DNA of 64,000 nt from an uncultured Candidatus Saccharibacteria bacterium (GCA_964469335.1 CAYXYK010000001.1:78501-142500); one strand, 5' to 3'. Positions 30,401 to 39,685 are shown, counted from the first letter of the stretch. Translations and numbers: made by a program. The notes: generated by a model from the sequence alone, not told the origin.

Positions 30401-30900
30401 TTGTCGAGCATCCGATATGCATCGGGATTGAAGAAGGTGAACGGACGCAGCGCGAGACCGCCGTAGCGTACATCCGCATGATGAAGCTCAAGTGTTCCGC
30501 CAGTGATCGCGATCATGCGCCAATCTCCCGCCGCAGGTGTCGTCGCAGTATTGTCCTCATTACTGTCGCCGCCGACACTATCATCAAGGACCGATGTGAA
30601 GACGACGCGGTCGGACGAAGACACCTCTCCCGCTACGATCTTTCCACTGATACCGATATTGGCATAGCAGTTACAATCCGGCTGCCCCATCTTCACCACT
30701 ACTCCCGGCTCAATGGTAAGCGTCACTCCCGTCGCGACTCCAAGCGGCGAGGTAATGATGTAGGGACTGTTGGCCTTGTACCAAGTGGCGTCTGAGGTCA
30801 CACTGCCGCCGACATACGTTGCGGCGAAAGCGGAAGATGTGAAGCCGAAGAATGCACATGTTACGAAAATGACCGTGAGCGAGGTGCGGATGAACTGCAT
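27469..30900 (-). CDS. Giant (1143 aa) secreted protein: N-terminal right-handed beta-helix, central alpha/beta-hydrolase lipase/esterase domain, C-terminal Ig-like domains
   Basis: Signal peptide MQFIRTSLTVIFVTCAFFGFTSSAFA; beta-helix-like repeats; LPGIMGSRLF and GxSxG nucleophile elbow IIAHSNGGLV (lipase class-2/Bacillus LipA-like); C-terminal TATDTESGVASTTYSLDSGASWTTY Ig-like modules. Confidence 0.6.
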   Translation of the reverse strand: MQFIRTSLTVIFVTCAFFGFTSSAFAATYVGGSVTSDATWYKANSPYIITSPLGVATGVTLTIEPGVVVKMGQPDCNCYANIGISGKIVAGEVSSSDRVVFTSVLDDSVGGDSNEDNTATTPAAGDWRMIAITGGTLELHHADVRYGGLALRPFTFFNPDAYRMLDNQGGEVIFDDADISYAYGNASYRQLYTGTTTVSNSFFHDSPVATEFYAGGAQTITGTKFATTAIAVYFHSGTLTVSGSSFNNTTYGVYNVSPTDQVDARNNFWGSASGPTNPANPTGTGAISQGNVIFDPWTGLGCVTECYSNVLFLPGIMGSRLFEQSSDCGVLNNEKERWVSMFDCDHAHLALDSQGKSVYPLYTKEGPLGVVDDTYSSNIYQSFMSDLAGWKSDGTINDYALVPYDWRLSLEDILQNGSSSTGQLSYSASQGFQSAFIYKKLNELSDSSKTKKVTIIAHSNGGLVTKALIQKLKDTHDPLYERIDKVIFVAVPQSGTPEVIGSLLHGSDIGPGGLVIAASRVRDLVHNMPFAYAQVPTEKYVGSGIPLIEFRGFSATSSFGKYGTSIDTIAGLHDYLNGGDGRTAPSYADLLHAQIANAGQLAAAHDIHAVLDNWTPATSTEVYEIAGWGLYTSMGLRYEPNKICVVSTTTIPVQPGAPQAASCAYYEDSYKISNKLGIDGDGTVMRRSAHQIAVSSTTHQFWLDLAKYDDDNIINRNHKDIFEVTALSGFLKTVVIGAPQVNDYITDSIFGLSTVQKPVKYEVHSPLSLSIYDSKGHHTGVSTTTGLVELGVKGSSYYEIGDSKIILVDASISHTMKLDAYGSGSFTLDIEELDGDNVIASTSFMGIPTTSTTKASLDWHSGEEIGTSTKLFIDFNDDNVIDAALTAKAGEIVLFTAPDFTPPTTTASTTGILGTNGWYTSNAIVSLTATDTESGVASTTYSLDSGASWTTYTSPFSTTIEGTTTVLYYSVDKAGNSEATNTLLFKIDKTAPEASISISTSTQDILVVGVENLGTTTVLKDSIGNVILTDQAGHTTKLFFTKTYSGKQLTYAKLTGVQYDSQPKMTIPSSSFLYIWDNKIPMTLLSQTIAVDGTYLIQATYEKIKNKTTIIVLKKSLPIQTQVFAGLKVVKLTTNKGAVGYSW

Positions 30901-31044
30901 GGTGTAAGAGATGAATGCTGAAAAATGATAAGCGGCGAGGCGGTCGCCGAGAGAACGAGATTGTTTCTTAAACTATAGAAAGCGTCTATTTTTGCAAGAG
31001 AGCAGCCGTTTGACATAGTGTCACTCTTGTCGCATTTTCCGTAA

Positions 31045-31076
31045 TAAAAAACACCCTCGGAGGAGGGCGTTTTTAT
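31045..31076 (-). terminator. Hairpin terminator for the Excalibur-domain gene
   Basis: AAAAAACACCCTCGGAGGAGGGCGTTTTTAT (one mismatch in stem). Confidence 0.55.
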
Positions 31077-31085
31077 CCATTTTGG

Positions 31086-31526
31086 CTATTTCGTCGTCTT
31101 CGGGAGTGACTCGCAGACGAGGCCGTCCTTGTCTCCGTCGAGACCGTAGACGTCCATGTTCTTACCGAGCGTCTTGCAGCGGTTGTAGACCGACATCGCT
31201 TCCTCCTGTGACTTAAAGTCCTTGCAGTTATAGTCGGATTCTTTGGCATTGCAGAATGCGTCGACGTTGACGAGATTGCCCGTGCTCGGATCGCGTTCGA
31301 TCTTCGAAGCAGAGAGCGACTTGGTCTCGATCATCTTTCCTACATCGTAGTCATTATTGGTCGCTTCCATGCCGAATGCGGCGAGGAGGATCGCGATCAT
31401 CGCGCCGATGGCGATCTTGGCCCAGGTGGCCTTCACGAAGAATAATGCAGCGACCGCAATGGCGATAAGGATGCCGATGACCCAAAGTCTGACCTTCTTT
31501 GAGCTCCGTAGTTCTTGAGTGTTCAT
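31086..31526 (-). CDS. Membrane-anchored Excalibur (extracellular Ca-binding) domain protein
   Basis: TM anchor; C-terminal CKDFKSQEEAMSVYNRCKTLGKNMDVYGLDGDKDGLVCE matches Excalibur DxDxDGxxCE motif. Confidence 0.65.
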   Translation of the reverse strand: MNTQELRSSKKVRLWVIGILIAIAVAALFFVKATWAKIAIGAMIAILLAAFGMEATNNDYDVGKMIETKSLSASKIERDPSTGNLVNVDAFCNAKESDYNCKDFKSQEEAMSVYNRCKTLGKNMDVYGLDGDKDGLVCESLPKTTK

Positions 31527-31576
31527 GCCGAAAGTATAACAATTCACCTTTCGCAAATCCAGCCGGCAACCGAAAG

Positions 31577-33346
31577 CTAACTCTGTCGTTTGTCGTGCAG
31601 GAGCATGTCCACCGCATGCCGCATGTCACCCGCCTCAGTGATGGTTCCGCCGTTCACGAAGAAGATGTCATCAGCATTCTCGATGGTGTTCAGGCGATGC
31701 GCGATGATCACCTTGGTGGTCGTGACGGGTAACTTCTTGAGTATCCCTTCCAAGAGCTGCTCGGTGACGGTGTCGATGTTCGCAGTCGCCTCATCGAGGA
31801 TGAGAATCTCGGGGTCACGCAGTACTGCACGCATGAATGCAATGATCTGCTTCTGTCCGAGACTGATCGTGTCACCGGTCGAAGTGACCCGAGTATCTAG
31901 CCCGTCACGAAAATGTGCGACGAGTTCCGCAACGCCGAACTTTTGAAGCAGCGAATTGAATTCTTCGTCACCACAGTTGTGATAAGCGGGATTTCCGTAG
32001 AGGATATTATCCTTGAATGTTCCACCAAAGAGGAACGGCTCCTGCAGGATGAAGCCGATCTTCTTTGCACGTTCTTCGTGGGCATACGAGCGGATATCCC
32101 TGCCGCCAAGGAACACCGTTCCCGCCGTCGGGTCGTAGAGTCGCGCCATGAGTGATGCGGTCGTGGTCTTCCCTCCTCCCGTCGGACCGACCAGCGCATA
32201 GGTCTTCCCTTGTTCAAGTTTGAAATTGATATCACGAAGGACTTCTTTTCCGTCCGGGTAGCGGAATGAGACGGACCTGAATTCAAGGAGCGAATCGGAT
32301 GACATGTCACCCGCCGGAAACACCTTCATGTCGGACTCGAGTGCGAGCACTTCGGAGATGCGATCGAGTCCCGCGAGTGCGAGCTGGAGTGACGACCACA
32401 CCTGTGCGAGTTGCCGGAGCGGCATATAGAAATTATTCACATAGAGAATGAACCCGACCAGAAGTCCGATGGTGAATTTACCTTCGGAAATGAGGGTAAG
32501 ACCATAGAACAGCACGATAAGCTGTGCGAGATTCGACGCGAGCGAGTAGAGCGGAGTGAATGTGTTCGACGCGATACCGGCAGCGATCGATGCATGATAA
32601 TTCTCCTCGTTCGCTTTTTTAAATTTCTCCCGGAAAAAATCCAGGCGATTGAAAGCGATGATCACCTTGAAGTTCGCAAGACTCTCCTGTATCTCTCCAC
32701 TCATGCCTCCGAGCTTGCGGAGGCTACGCAGGCTAGTGCGCTTCACCCACGGAGAGAGCAGCTGCGTAAGGATGATGACCAAAAGAGCAGGAAGGAGTGC
32801 CGCCCCGCCGAGTTTCGGATCGATGACCAAAAGGAATATGCCTGTGCCGAGGATGAGCGCAAAGTTGCCGATGAACTGCACGAGTGCCTGTGAGAAGAAT
32901 TGATTGAGCTTATCGGTATCGTTGTTGATGCGGGAAATGAGGTCGCCCGCTTTGTTCTGATTGAAGAATGCGACCGGAAGTTCTGAGAGTTTCTCGAACA
33001 GCGCATTCCGCAAACGGAAGAGCACGTTGCGTCCGACCTCACCCATCGTGCGGATCTGGACATAGCTCGCGACGAGTCCGAAAAGGTACACGACGACGAG
33101 GAGCGCGGAGAAACGCAACACTCCGGCAAAGTCACCATGGACGATAGCGGTGTCTATGGTACGCGCGATGATGACCGGCGAAAGTAGCGTCGCTGCCGAC
33201 GTGACGAAGATCGCCACAAGTGCGACCATGACCGACTTCCCCTCTTTTGCCATCAGCGGGAAAAGACGAAGCATGGCAGTACGAAGTACGCTCTGCTGTT
33301 TATCTTTTTCGTCGCTCTTTACGGATAGTCTATAGTTCATATTCAC
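31577..33346 (-). CDS. ABC transporter, fused permease/ATP-binding subunit (exporter type, MsbA-like)
   Basis: 6-TM domain then GPTGGGKTT Walker A, LSLGQKQ signature, ILILDEATANID Walker B. Confidence 0.85.
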   Translation of the reverse strand: MNMNYRLSVKSDEKDKQQSVLRTAMLRLFPLMAKEGKSVMVALVAIFVTSAATLLSPVIIARTIDTAIVHGDFAGVLRFSALLVVVYLFGLVASYVQIRTMGEVGRNVLFRLRNALFEKLSELPVAFFNQNKAGDLISRINNDTDKLNQFFSQALVQFIGNFALILGTGIFLLVIDPKLGGAALLPALLVIILTQLLSPWVKRTSLRSLRKLGGMSGEIQESLANFKVIIAFNRLDFFREKFKKANEENYHASIAAGIASNTFTPLYSLASNLAQLIVLFYGLTLISEGKFTIGLLVGFILYVNNFYMPLRQLAQVWSSLQLALAGLDRISEVLALESDMKVFPAGDMSSDSLLEFRSVSFRYPDGKEVLRDINFKLEQGKTYALVGPTGGGKTTTASLMARLYDPTAGTVFLGGRDIRSYAHEERAKKIGFILQEPFLFGGTFKDNILYGNPAYHNCGDEEFNSLLQKFGVAELVAHFRDGLDTRVTSTGDTISLGQKQIIAFMRAVLRDPEILILDEATANIDTVTEQLLEGILKKLPVTTTKVIIAHRLNTIENADDIFFVNGGTITEAGDMRHAVDMLLHDKRQS

Positions 33347-35084
33347 TGGTGCTACGCTGGGAATCCTGTATTTGCACGTATTCGGGAGAAGAGAGGAGGA
33401 GTTCTTCGTGAGTACCCTTGGCGAGGATCTCCCCTTCCATCAGTAGGATGATCTGGTCATACTTCATGACCGAAGCGATGCGCTGGGTGACCGAGATGAG
33501 CGTGAGGTGCGGGTAGTTCGCGGCAAGGTTCGCAAGGATCCTTCGTTCGGTTTCGGTGTCGACTCGTGCGGTGAAATCATCGAGGAGGAGCACTTTCGGG
33601 TCGAGTGCGAGTGCGCGCGCGAGCATGATGCGCTGCTTCTGCCCGCCGGAGAGACTCGTTCCGCGCTCGGAGACGACGGTATCGAGTCGCTCGGGAAGCG
33701 TGTCGACGAATTCAGAAAGCTCGGCGGTCTTGATCGCCAGTGCGACATCCTCATCCTTTGCATCACTGCTGAATGCGATGTTCTCACGTAGCGACAGATT
33801 GAAGAGTACACTGTCCTGGAACACAAACCCGACCTGACGATGGAGATCCTGCTGATCGTAGCGGTCGACAGGGGTACCGTCGTAGGAGATAACGCCTTCG
33901 GTCGGCCGAAGCAGTCCGGTAAGGAGGTAGAGGAGCTGGGTCTTCCCGGCGGCAGTCGGACCTATGATGGCGACCTTTTGTCCTCCCTTCACTGCGAATG
34001 AGATGTCTTTCAGGATGTGCTTTTCGCCGTAACGAACAAAGACATGCTCGACGGAGATGTCACCGTGGAGTTTCTTTTTCTCACCACCATGCTTCTTTTC
34101 TCCCGGAGCGGCAAGGACCTCGCCGATGCGCGAGTACGATGCGCTCGCCTGGGCGATAACATTCGACATGAAGCCGATGATGAGTATCGGGAAGATGAGG
34201 ATGGCGATATAGCTATTGAATGCAGTGAATTCGCCGAGTGACATAGTACCGCCAATGACGAAGCTGCCGCCGAGCGTGAGGATGATGAGTGTCGCGAGAT
34301 TGGTACAGAACGTGATGACGGGAATGAGACTCGAGAACAAACGAAGGATCGAGAGTCCTATGTCGCGCGCCGCTCCGTTCGCTTCGATGAATTTCTTATA
34401 CTCGGGTTGCCCAGAATTAAGCAGCCTGATCAGTGAAGACCCGAGGATGCTTTCGTTGATGACCGAGTTGAGTCGATCGATCGCCTCCTGCGCTTTTTTG
34501 AACAACTTCCGCACCTTGCCGAGGACGACATAGAACGTACCTCCGATCACCGGGACGATGATGAGTGCCGCAAGCGCGAGCTTCCAGTTGATGAGAAGGA
34601 GGAGTACCGATGCTCCGATGATGAGAAACACCGATGAGATGAGTGAGGCGATCGCTTGAGAAACGAATGTCTTCACTGCATCGACATCAGAAGTGAGATT
34701 CGTGAGCAGCTTGGCGGGAGTCACGCCTTCGACGAATGCGAAGGTCTGCAGTGATATCCGCTCAGAGACTCGGTTACGCAGGTCACGCGCCACCCGCTCA
34801 GAGGCAAAGACTTGTACGATGTTCTGAAGATAGGAAAAGACGAAGATGCCGATTGCGATGACGGCAAACTCGAGGAGGAGGTCGTGCACCACGAAATTCC
34901 CGAGCGCATAGCTGTCGATCGCCTTTGCAATCAGTTTCGGGACGACAAGGTTGAGTGCATTACTCACGACCGTGAGTAGAACAAGCAAAAGCACCAAGAA
35001 CTTGTACGGTCGAAGAAGCCCAAGGAGATTCGGGGGAAGAGAAGCTGCAGCAGAGATATTGTTGGCAGGTGTAGTTTGTTTCAT
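33330..35084 (-). CDS. ABC transporter, fused permease/ATP-binding subunit (heterodimer partner)
   Basis: GPTAAGKTQ Walker A, LSGGQKQR signature, LLLDDFTARVD Walker B; 17-nt overlap with downstream ABC gene. Confidence 0.85.
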   Translation of the reverse strand: MKQTTPANNISAAASLPPNLLGLLRPYKFLVLLLVLLTVVSNALNLVVPKLIAKAIDSYALGNFVVHDLLLEFAVIAIGIFVFSYLQNIVQVFASERVARDLRNRVSERISLQTFAFVEGVTPAKLLTNLTSDVDAVKTFVSQAIASLISSVFLIIGASVLLLLINWKLALAALIIVPVIGGTFYVVLGKVRKLFKKAQEAIDRLNSVINESILGSSLIRLLNSGQPEYKKFIEANGAARDIGLSILRLFSSLIPVITFCTNLATLIILTLGGSFVIGGTMSLGEFTAFNSYIAILIFPILIIGFMSNVIAQASASYSRIGEVLAAPGEKKHGGEKKKLHGDISVEHVFVRYGEKHILKDISFAVKGGQKVAIIGPTAAGKTQLLYLLTGLLRPTEGVISYDGTPVDRYDQQDLHRQVGFVFQDSVLFNLSLRENIAFSSDAKDEDVALAIKTAELSEFVDTLPERLDTVVSERGTSLSGGQKQRIMLARALALDPKVLLLDDFTARVDTETERRILANLAANYPHLTLISVTQRIASVMKYDQIILLMEGEILAKGTHEELLLSSPEYVQIQDSQRSTSEYEL

Positions 35085-35101
35085 GGAATTTCCCGAAAAA
35101 T

Positions 35102-35134
35102 ACCGACCGCTCTCGTTCGGCGAGAGCGGTCGGT
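35102..35134 (-). terminator. Rho-independent terminator of META-domain gene
   Basis: Perfect 14-bp stem ACCGACCGCTCTCG-ttcgg-CGAGAGCGGTCGGT followed on minus strand by ATTTTTTCGGG. Confidence 0.75.
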
Positions 35135-35181
35135 GCTCCTTACTCTATTATATCAATTTGCCGGGAGTGCGCGGCAGGATA

Positions 35182-36126
35182 TTAGCGGAAGGTAGCGGTG
35201 CCCTTTTTGTCCTTCAATTCAAGGATGAGCTCACCCTTCCCCGTGAAATGATAGCCCGACACCGCAGTGATCATCGAGGAGTACTCCTGCTCCTGCGAGC
35301 CTTCACAGAACATCAGTGTCGACATCATCTTTTCGAATGACAATGCGCTTCCCGAAGTTTTGTATTCGCCTCCGACTCCGTTACAGTCAGTCTTTGCGGA
35401 GAATGTTCCTTCCTTCTTGAACGTGAGCGTGAAGGTATCTGCTTTTTTCGGGAGCACTTTCGAACCGTCGGCATTATCCGTGCGGACCCAGTTCCAGGTC
35501 TTCATCGTGAGCGTCATCTTGGAAGTATCCGCTTCACCTTCGAAGTCCTTTACCAGTTCTCCGATCTCTCCAGTCTTCGGATCGAGATGGATCCAGACGC
35601 TCTTGCCTACCGACGGTTGTACCGTGAATGCCTCACCCGCCTTTCGCTCAGCGAAATTCGCGACGGCAGTACCTTTGTCGACATTGATATTCTGCGGAGC
35701 GATACGGTCACCGAGGAACATCGCGTTGGTGCCTTTGTATGTGCCGTTCGTGTTGACTGCAGCCACTATATAGAAGAACACTCCGGTTCCGCCGCTATTC
35801 TTATTGAGATATGAGACTGCATCGAGATCACCGTCCCCGTCGAGGTCGACAAGTGTCGGCTCACCGAAGAGCGTGAAGGTTTCTTGGGAGGCGGACCCCG
35901 GCGCAGCTTCGCGTGCATATGTTCCCCCGCGGAGCGGGATGGATTCCCCGTCGATCATATACGCGATGTCCTTCGGATCGTTCGCGGTGACGGATGAAGG
36001 CATATCGCCTGTCACAGGAGTGCCACCATTGCTATCAGAATAATTGAATCGGATGAATGCGGCAGCAGCGATGACAATGATGAGCACCGCGAACCCGCCG
36101 AACATGATGGATGAAGACTTGTTCAT
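35182..36126 (-). CDS. Secreted META-domain (HslJ-like) protein
   Basis: Start MNKSSSIMFGGFAVLIIVIAAAAF (cat 36124-36126); C-term SALSFEKMMSTLMFCEGSQEQEYSSMITAVSGYHFTGKGELILELKD matches META/HslJ motif. Confidence 0.5.
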   Translation of the reverse strand: MNKSSSIMFGGFAVLIIVIAAAAFIRFNYSDSNGGTPVTGDMPSSVTANDPKDIAYMIDGESIPLRGGTYAREAAPGSASQETFTLFGEPTLVDLDGDGDLDAVSYLNKNSGGTGVFFYIVAAVNTNGTYKGTNAMFLGDRIAPQNINVDKGTAVANFAERKAGEAFTVQPSVGKSVWIHLDPKTGEIGELVKDFEGEADTSKMTLTMKTWNWVRTDNADGSKVLPKKADTFTLTFKKEGTFSAKTDCNGVGGEYKTSGSALSFEKMMSTLMFCEGSQEQEYSSMITAVSGYHFTGKGELILELKDKKGTATFR

Positions 36127-36309
36127 AAATAAGGATTTAGTTTTGTATTCACTATAACCCGAAAACCACGCAAATTGTGACATCGCCACGCAAGATAGCT
36201 CTGGGAACTTGAGTACCCTCCCTTTTTTCTCATCTCATCATTCATTTATATTCTTCCTCTTTCTTGTGAAGCTGCGATTATCGCTGCTCATGATGTTTGT
36301 TGTGGAAGA

Positions 36310-36978
36310 TCAGAGTGAATTCTCTTTGATCGATGCTTCGAATAATTCGGGCTTTTCAGGATGATGCGCGTCCATGGTCGCGATGAATTCGGATTCGCAG
36401 AGCGCAAGCCGAGGGTTCGTGTGCAGCTCCTCTTGAAGAACAGACTGATTCCTCTCTTTGTAGTCATGCCCCGGTCGCACAATCGTCTCTCCCGGAAGAC
36501 TTGCGAGGACGAAATGGAGGCTCTGGTAAAGAGTCTCGCTGTCCCCGACCTGAAAATCCGTACGACCAGTCCCGCCAATGAGGAGTGCGTCCCCAGTGAA
36601 GACCTCACTGCCGTTGTAGAGCGATATACTCTCGTTGGTGTGCCCCGGGGTGCCGAGCACCTTGAGGAACACCTGTCCGAGTGGAAGCTCCTCGCCTCCA
36701 TGGACGATGATATCCTTTGCCTTGGAGGGTGCGAGCTCGTGCCGTACGATCGAAGCGTCGGTCTTTTGCTTGAGTTCTTTTGCACTCGAAATATGATCTG
36801 CATGCGTGTGGGTCTCGATGATGTACTTGAGCGAAAGTCCATTATCTTGGAGATAGTTCAAGTAAGTTTCAGTTGCGATCTCAGACGATGGATCGATCAG
36901 TGCCGCCTGTTTGGAGACCGGATCATAGGTGATGAATGAAAGACATCCGCGGGGCGAATGGAAATGTTGTGTTCTCAT
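36310..36978 (-). CDS. MBL-fold metallo-hydrolase (persulfide dioxygenase/glyoxalase-II-like)
   Basis: IETHTHADHISSAKEL (HxHxDH), start MRTQHFHSPRG chosen to avoid 30-nt overlap with rhodanese gene. Confidence 0.65.
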   Translation of the reverse strand: MRTQHFHSPRGCLSFITYDPVSKQAALIDPSSEIATETYLNYLQDNGLSLKYIIETHTHADHISSAKELKQKTDASIVRHELAPSKAKDIIVHGGEELPLGQVFLKVLGTPGHTNESISLYNGSEVFTGDALLIGGTGRTDFQVGDSETLYQSLHFVLASLPGETIVRPGHDYKERNQSVLQEELHTNPRLALCESEFIATMDAHHPEKPELFEASIKENSL

Positions 36979-36995
36979 ATGGTGTTCGTTCGCTG

Positions 36996-37319
36996 TTATT
37001 CCATCGGAAGTCCCGCTGATCTCCAAGCGATCGTTCCACCCGGAACATTGATCGTGTTCACTCCACGCTCGCTGAGGATGTCGACCGCGCGCCCACTACG
37101 ACCGCCTGACTGACAGATGGCATACACTCGCTCGAATTGCTTGAGTTCTTCGGCCTTGTCGCCAACGATATCGAGCGGAATATTGACCGCACCTTTTGCA
37201 TGCCCTGAGGCGAATTCGTCCTTTGTGCGAACGTCGATGAATCCGACTCCAGCAGTCGAAATAAGGTCGGCAATTTCCTTGAGCGGAACCGCGGGTTTTT
37301 TGTTGAAGAGATCGAACAT
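36996..37319 (-). CDS. Single-domain rhodanese (sulfurtransferase)
   Basis: Active-site loop VYAICQSGGRSGRAVDIL (Cys-x-x-Gly-x-Arg), 107 aa. Confidence 0.8.
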   Translation of the reverse strand: MFDLFNKKPAVPLKEIADLISTAGVGFIDVRTKDEFASGHAKGAVNIPLDIVGDKAEELKQFERVYAICQSGGRSGRAVDILSERGVNTINVPGGTIAWRSAGLPME

Positions 37320-37335
37320 GATGTTTCGTGTGAGT

Positions 37336-37614
37336 TTATATATTCGCGTAGGTGCAGATGAATTTCTTGAGCCCGTTCATAAGAGCGGTCTTCGGGAGTT
37401 TGTAACAGACTCGCTTGCCGTCCCGAACCGGCGTAACAAGCTCTTCTTTCGCCATGACTTGTAAGTGGTGCGAGGTTGTTGCCACGCTCATCTTGAGATC
37501 ACGAGCAATATCTGATACGCAGACTTCGCCGCTTCTCATGAGGTAGCAAATGATACGAATGCGGCTCGCATCCCCCGCCGTCTTCATATATCGTGCTAAT
37601 ACATTCAAATGCAT
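37336..37614 (-). CDS. ArsR/SmtB-family transcriptional regulator
   Basis: ICYLMRSGEVCVSDIARDLKMSVATTSHHLQVMAKEELV HTH; 92 aa; heads rhodanese-MBL operon. Confidence 0.8.
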   Translation of the reverse strand: MHLNVLARYMKTAGDASRIRIICYLMRSGEVCVSDIARDLKMSVATTSHHLQVMAKEELVTPVRDGKRVCYKLPKTALMNGLKKFICTYANI

Positions 37615-37667
37615 GTTTGAATGTTATATCAAAAGAAAACCCGAGTCAAGTCGGGATGGTCGACAAG

Positions 37668-38225
37668 TCAGCGAAGCGGTATCTCGTGAATGACGCGGAT
37701 CTCACCGGGCCTATCCTCGGCATCGACGGAAACGGTAAGTGTGCTGACACGGGACTTGAGCCCCTGAAGTTCACTGCGAAGCGCGACGAGCGCCGCTTGC
37801 GATTCCTCGGGGAGGAGTTTGATCAGCGACACATGAGGGGTATACGAGAATCGTGCGGGTTCTCCCCCTTTTCCGCCTGACCCTATTCCCTTCGTTGCAT
37901 CATCCGCTCGATGATGTAGCACACTGAGGAGCTCCGACGAAGTGTCATCGAGGTCAAGAAAAAGATATTCACCGCTCTCGGAAGCTGAGCAGCCCGCAAA
38001 GGTTATCTCAAAAGGATGCACATCACGGAATTCATCGGAGAGTTTCCGAGTGAAATCCTCTGTAACGTCACCGGTCGCAAATCGCAGCAAGAGTGAGAGG
38101 TGCGGTGATGTGTCTCCCTCCCTGCGCTCCTTGGAATGTTCACGGAGGCGCAGCTGCAATGTGGTGATACGCCCCACGACAACGGGATCGAGTTTGATAT
38201 TGAGCGAATGCGCGAGTTCCTGCAT
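37668..38225 (-). CDS. 2H phosphoesterase superfamily protein (LigT/2'-5' RNA ligase-like)
   Basis: Two H-x-(T/S)-x motifs: SPHLSLLL and TPHVSLIKL, spaced ~90 aa. Confidence 0.6.
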   Translation of the reverse strand: MQELAHSLNIKLDPVVVGRITTLQLRLREHSKERREGDTSPHLSLLLRFATGDVTEDFTRKLSDEFRDVHPFEITFAGCSASESGEYLFLDLDDTSSELLSVLHHRADDATKGIGSGGKGGEPARFSYTPHVSLIKLLPEESQAALVALRSELQGLKSRVSTLTVSVDAEDRPGEIRVIHEIPLR

Positions 38226-38473
38226 ATGAAAATTCTAACATGTTTGAATCCCTACTGGGAAAACATGACTCCGGCCCACCCAAGAAAGAAAAAACAGCGA
38301 ACAGTCGCTATTTTTTCTTCTAGGGTCGGAAGCGGGACGTGTTCAGAATTTTATTGGAGCTAGATTGGGGACAGATTCGGAGAGATCTGAGTATTTTGAA
38401 AACGAATATGAAGCAAGCCATATAGTCCTCGTTTTGGTTTTGCTTTTCTCTGTAAATGCTCTAGAGTACCTTC

Positions 38474-39091
38474 ATGAAGTCACCCACTATTTATATTGTT
38501 CTCGGAGTAGCCGTTGTCCTTGTTTCATTGACTGTTTTAAGCGTGTTTGGAACAAAACACCCCACTCCCACGACCCCAGTTGCAACAAGTACCGTGGCGA
38601 CTTCAGCAACTGCGAGTACTACGTTACGTGGAATGCAGATATACGAGAATAAAAAATATAAATTTAGATTTGAGTACGCCACTGATACAAAAATCACCGA
38701 AGAAGCAACGACTAGTGTAATCTATTATGATGAGCTATTGATGTCTACCGATTCAAATGGTGACAAAAAAAGAATTGTTGCCATTTCAGCAAACCCAAGC
38801 GCGATTGAAGATAGAATGCACCAACTTATGGGTGAGCCTAGTTATAGACGCATTTTTGTTTTACAGCCAGACCAAAAAGCAACAAAGAAGGTGCTTGAAA
38901 ATATGCATGGCACCACTGAAATTCAAGTAACGGGAGAGAAACTCGAGAACACCTACGGTGTTGCTGAAGTTCAAGCAACAGACTCAGGAAAAATGATCTG
39001 CGAATTGTACACAATTGACCCATCGAGGACATACTACTTGATAATAGACTGTAGGTACAAAAGCATACTCGACACCCTCATTTTCTTTTAA
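38474..39091 (+). CDS. Membrane-anchored secreted protein, paralog A of tandem pair
   Basis: MKSPTIYIVLGVAVVLVSLTVLSVFGTKHPTPTTPVATSTVATSATASTT; N-terminal 55 aa and ~30 nt of upstream leader ~85-90% identical to paralog B. Confidence 0.5.
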   Translation: MKSPTIYIVLGVAVVLVSLTVLSVFGTKHPTPTTPVATSTVATSATASTTLRGMQIYENKKYKFRFEYATDTKITEEATTSVIYYDELLMSTDSNGDKKRIVAISANPSAIEDRMHQLMGEPSYRRIFVLQPDQKATKKVLENMHGTTEIQVTGEKLENTYGVAEVQATDSGKMICELYTIDPSRTYYLIIDCRYKSILDTLIFF

Positions 39092-39098
39092 TAAAAAA

Positions 39099-39120
39099 CT
39101 CCCCGCACAATTGGCGGGGA
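39099..39120. terminator. Conserved hairpin downstream of paralog A (CTCCCCGC-acaattg-GCGGGGA)
   Basis: Same hairpin recurs after paralog B at 39759-39776; A-run upstream, no clear U-run on + strand. Confidence 0.4.
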
Positions 39121-39163
39121 TAAATGCTTAACAAATTCCAAGCAACTATACTAGAGTACCTTC

Positions 39164-39685
39164 ATGAAATCACCCACTATGTATATTGTTTTCGGCGTAG
39201 CCGTTGTCCTTGTTTCATTGGCAGTTTTAAGCATGTTCGGAGCAAAGCAACCTACTCCCACAACCCCTGTTGCAACTAGCAGCATGGCAACATCAACGAC
39301 AGCAAGTACTACCGCAAATGACATGCAGGTGTATCGAAATGAGAAATTTGGATTGCAATTTAGTTGGACAAAGACAGATATACTATCAGATGAAGAAAAA
39401 GGAGAAAAGAACTGGCAAGGAATCGAGGAACAAGATGTTTTAGTTGTGCATGCAATGAATCCTGACCTTCAAAGGCCTATCAACCTCCTTAATGCTGTTT
39501 CTGCTTCACGTTGGGAAGAAATAAAAAAAAGCACACAGCAACTCGTTGATGATCCTCAAATTAAGGCAACGAAAAAAGTTTTTGAGAAATCCTATGGGAC
39601 AGTAACTGAAATAAAGGGGCAATACAATGCTCCCGCTGATCCTTTTTGCTCTTGGTATATTGAGAACCCAACAAAAACTATATAG
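39164..39685 (+). CDS. Membrane-anchored secreted protein, paralog B of tandem pair
   Basis: MKSPTMYIVFGVAVVLVSLAVLSMFGAKQPTPTTPVATSSMATSTTASTT; C-terminal domain diverged from paralog A. Confidence 0.5.
   Translation: MKSPTMYIVFGVAVVLVSLAVLSMFGAKQPTPTTPVATSSMATSTTASTTANDMQVYRNEKFGLQFSWTKTDILSDEEKGEKNWQGIEEQDVLVVHAMNPDLQRPINLLNAVSASRWEEIKKSTQQLVDDPQIKATKKVFEKSYGTVTEIKGQYNAPADPFCSWYIENPTKTI

Noticed and set aside
39099-39120. Calling the CTCCCCGC...GCGGGGA hairpins strong intrinsic terminators for the + strand paralog genes
   Set aside because: The U-tract follows the stem only on the minus strand, and an A-tract precedes it on the + strand, so confidence was reduced and the strand left unassigned.
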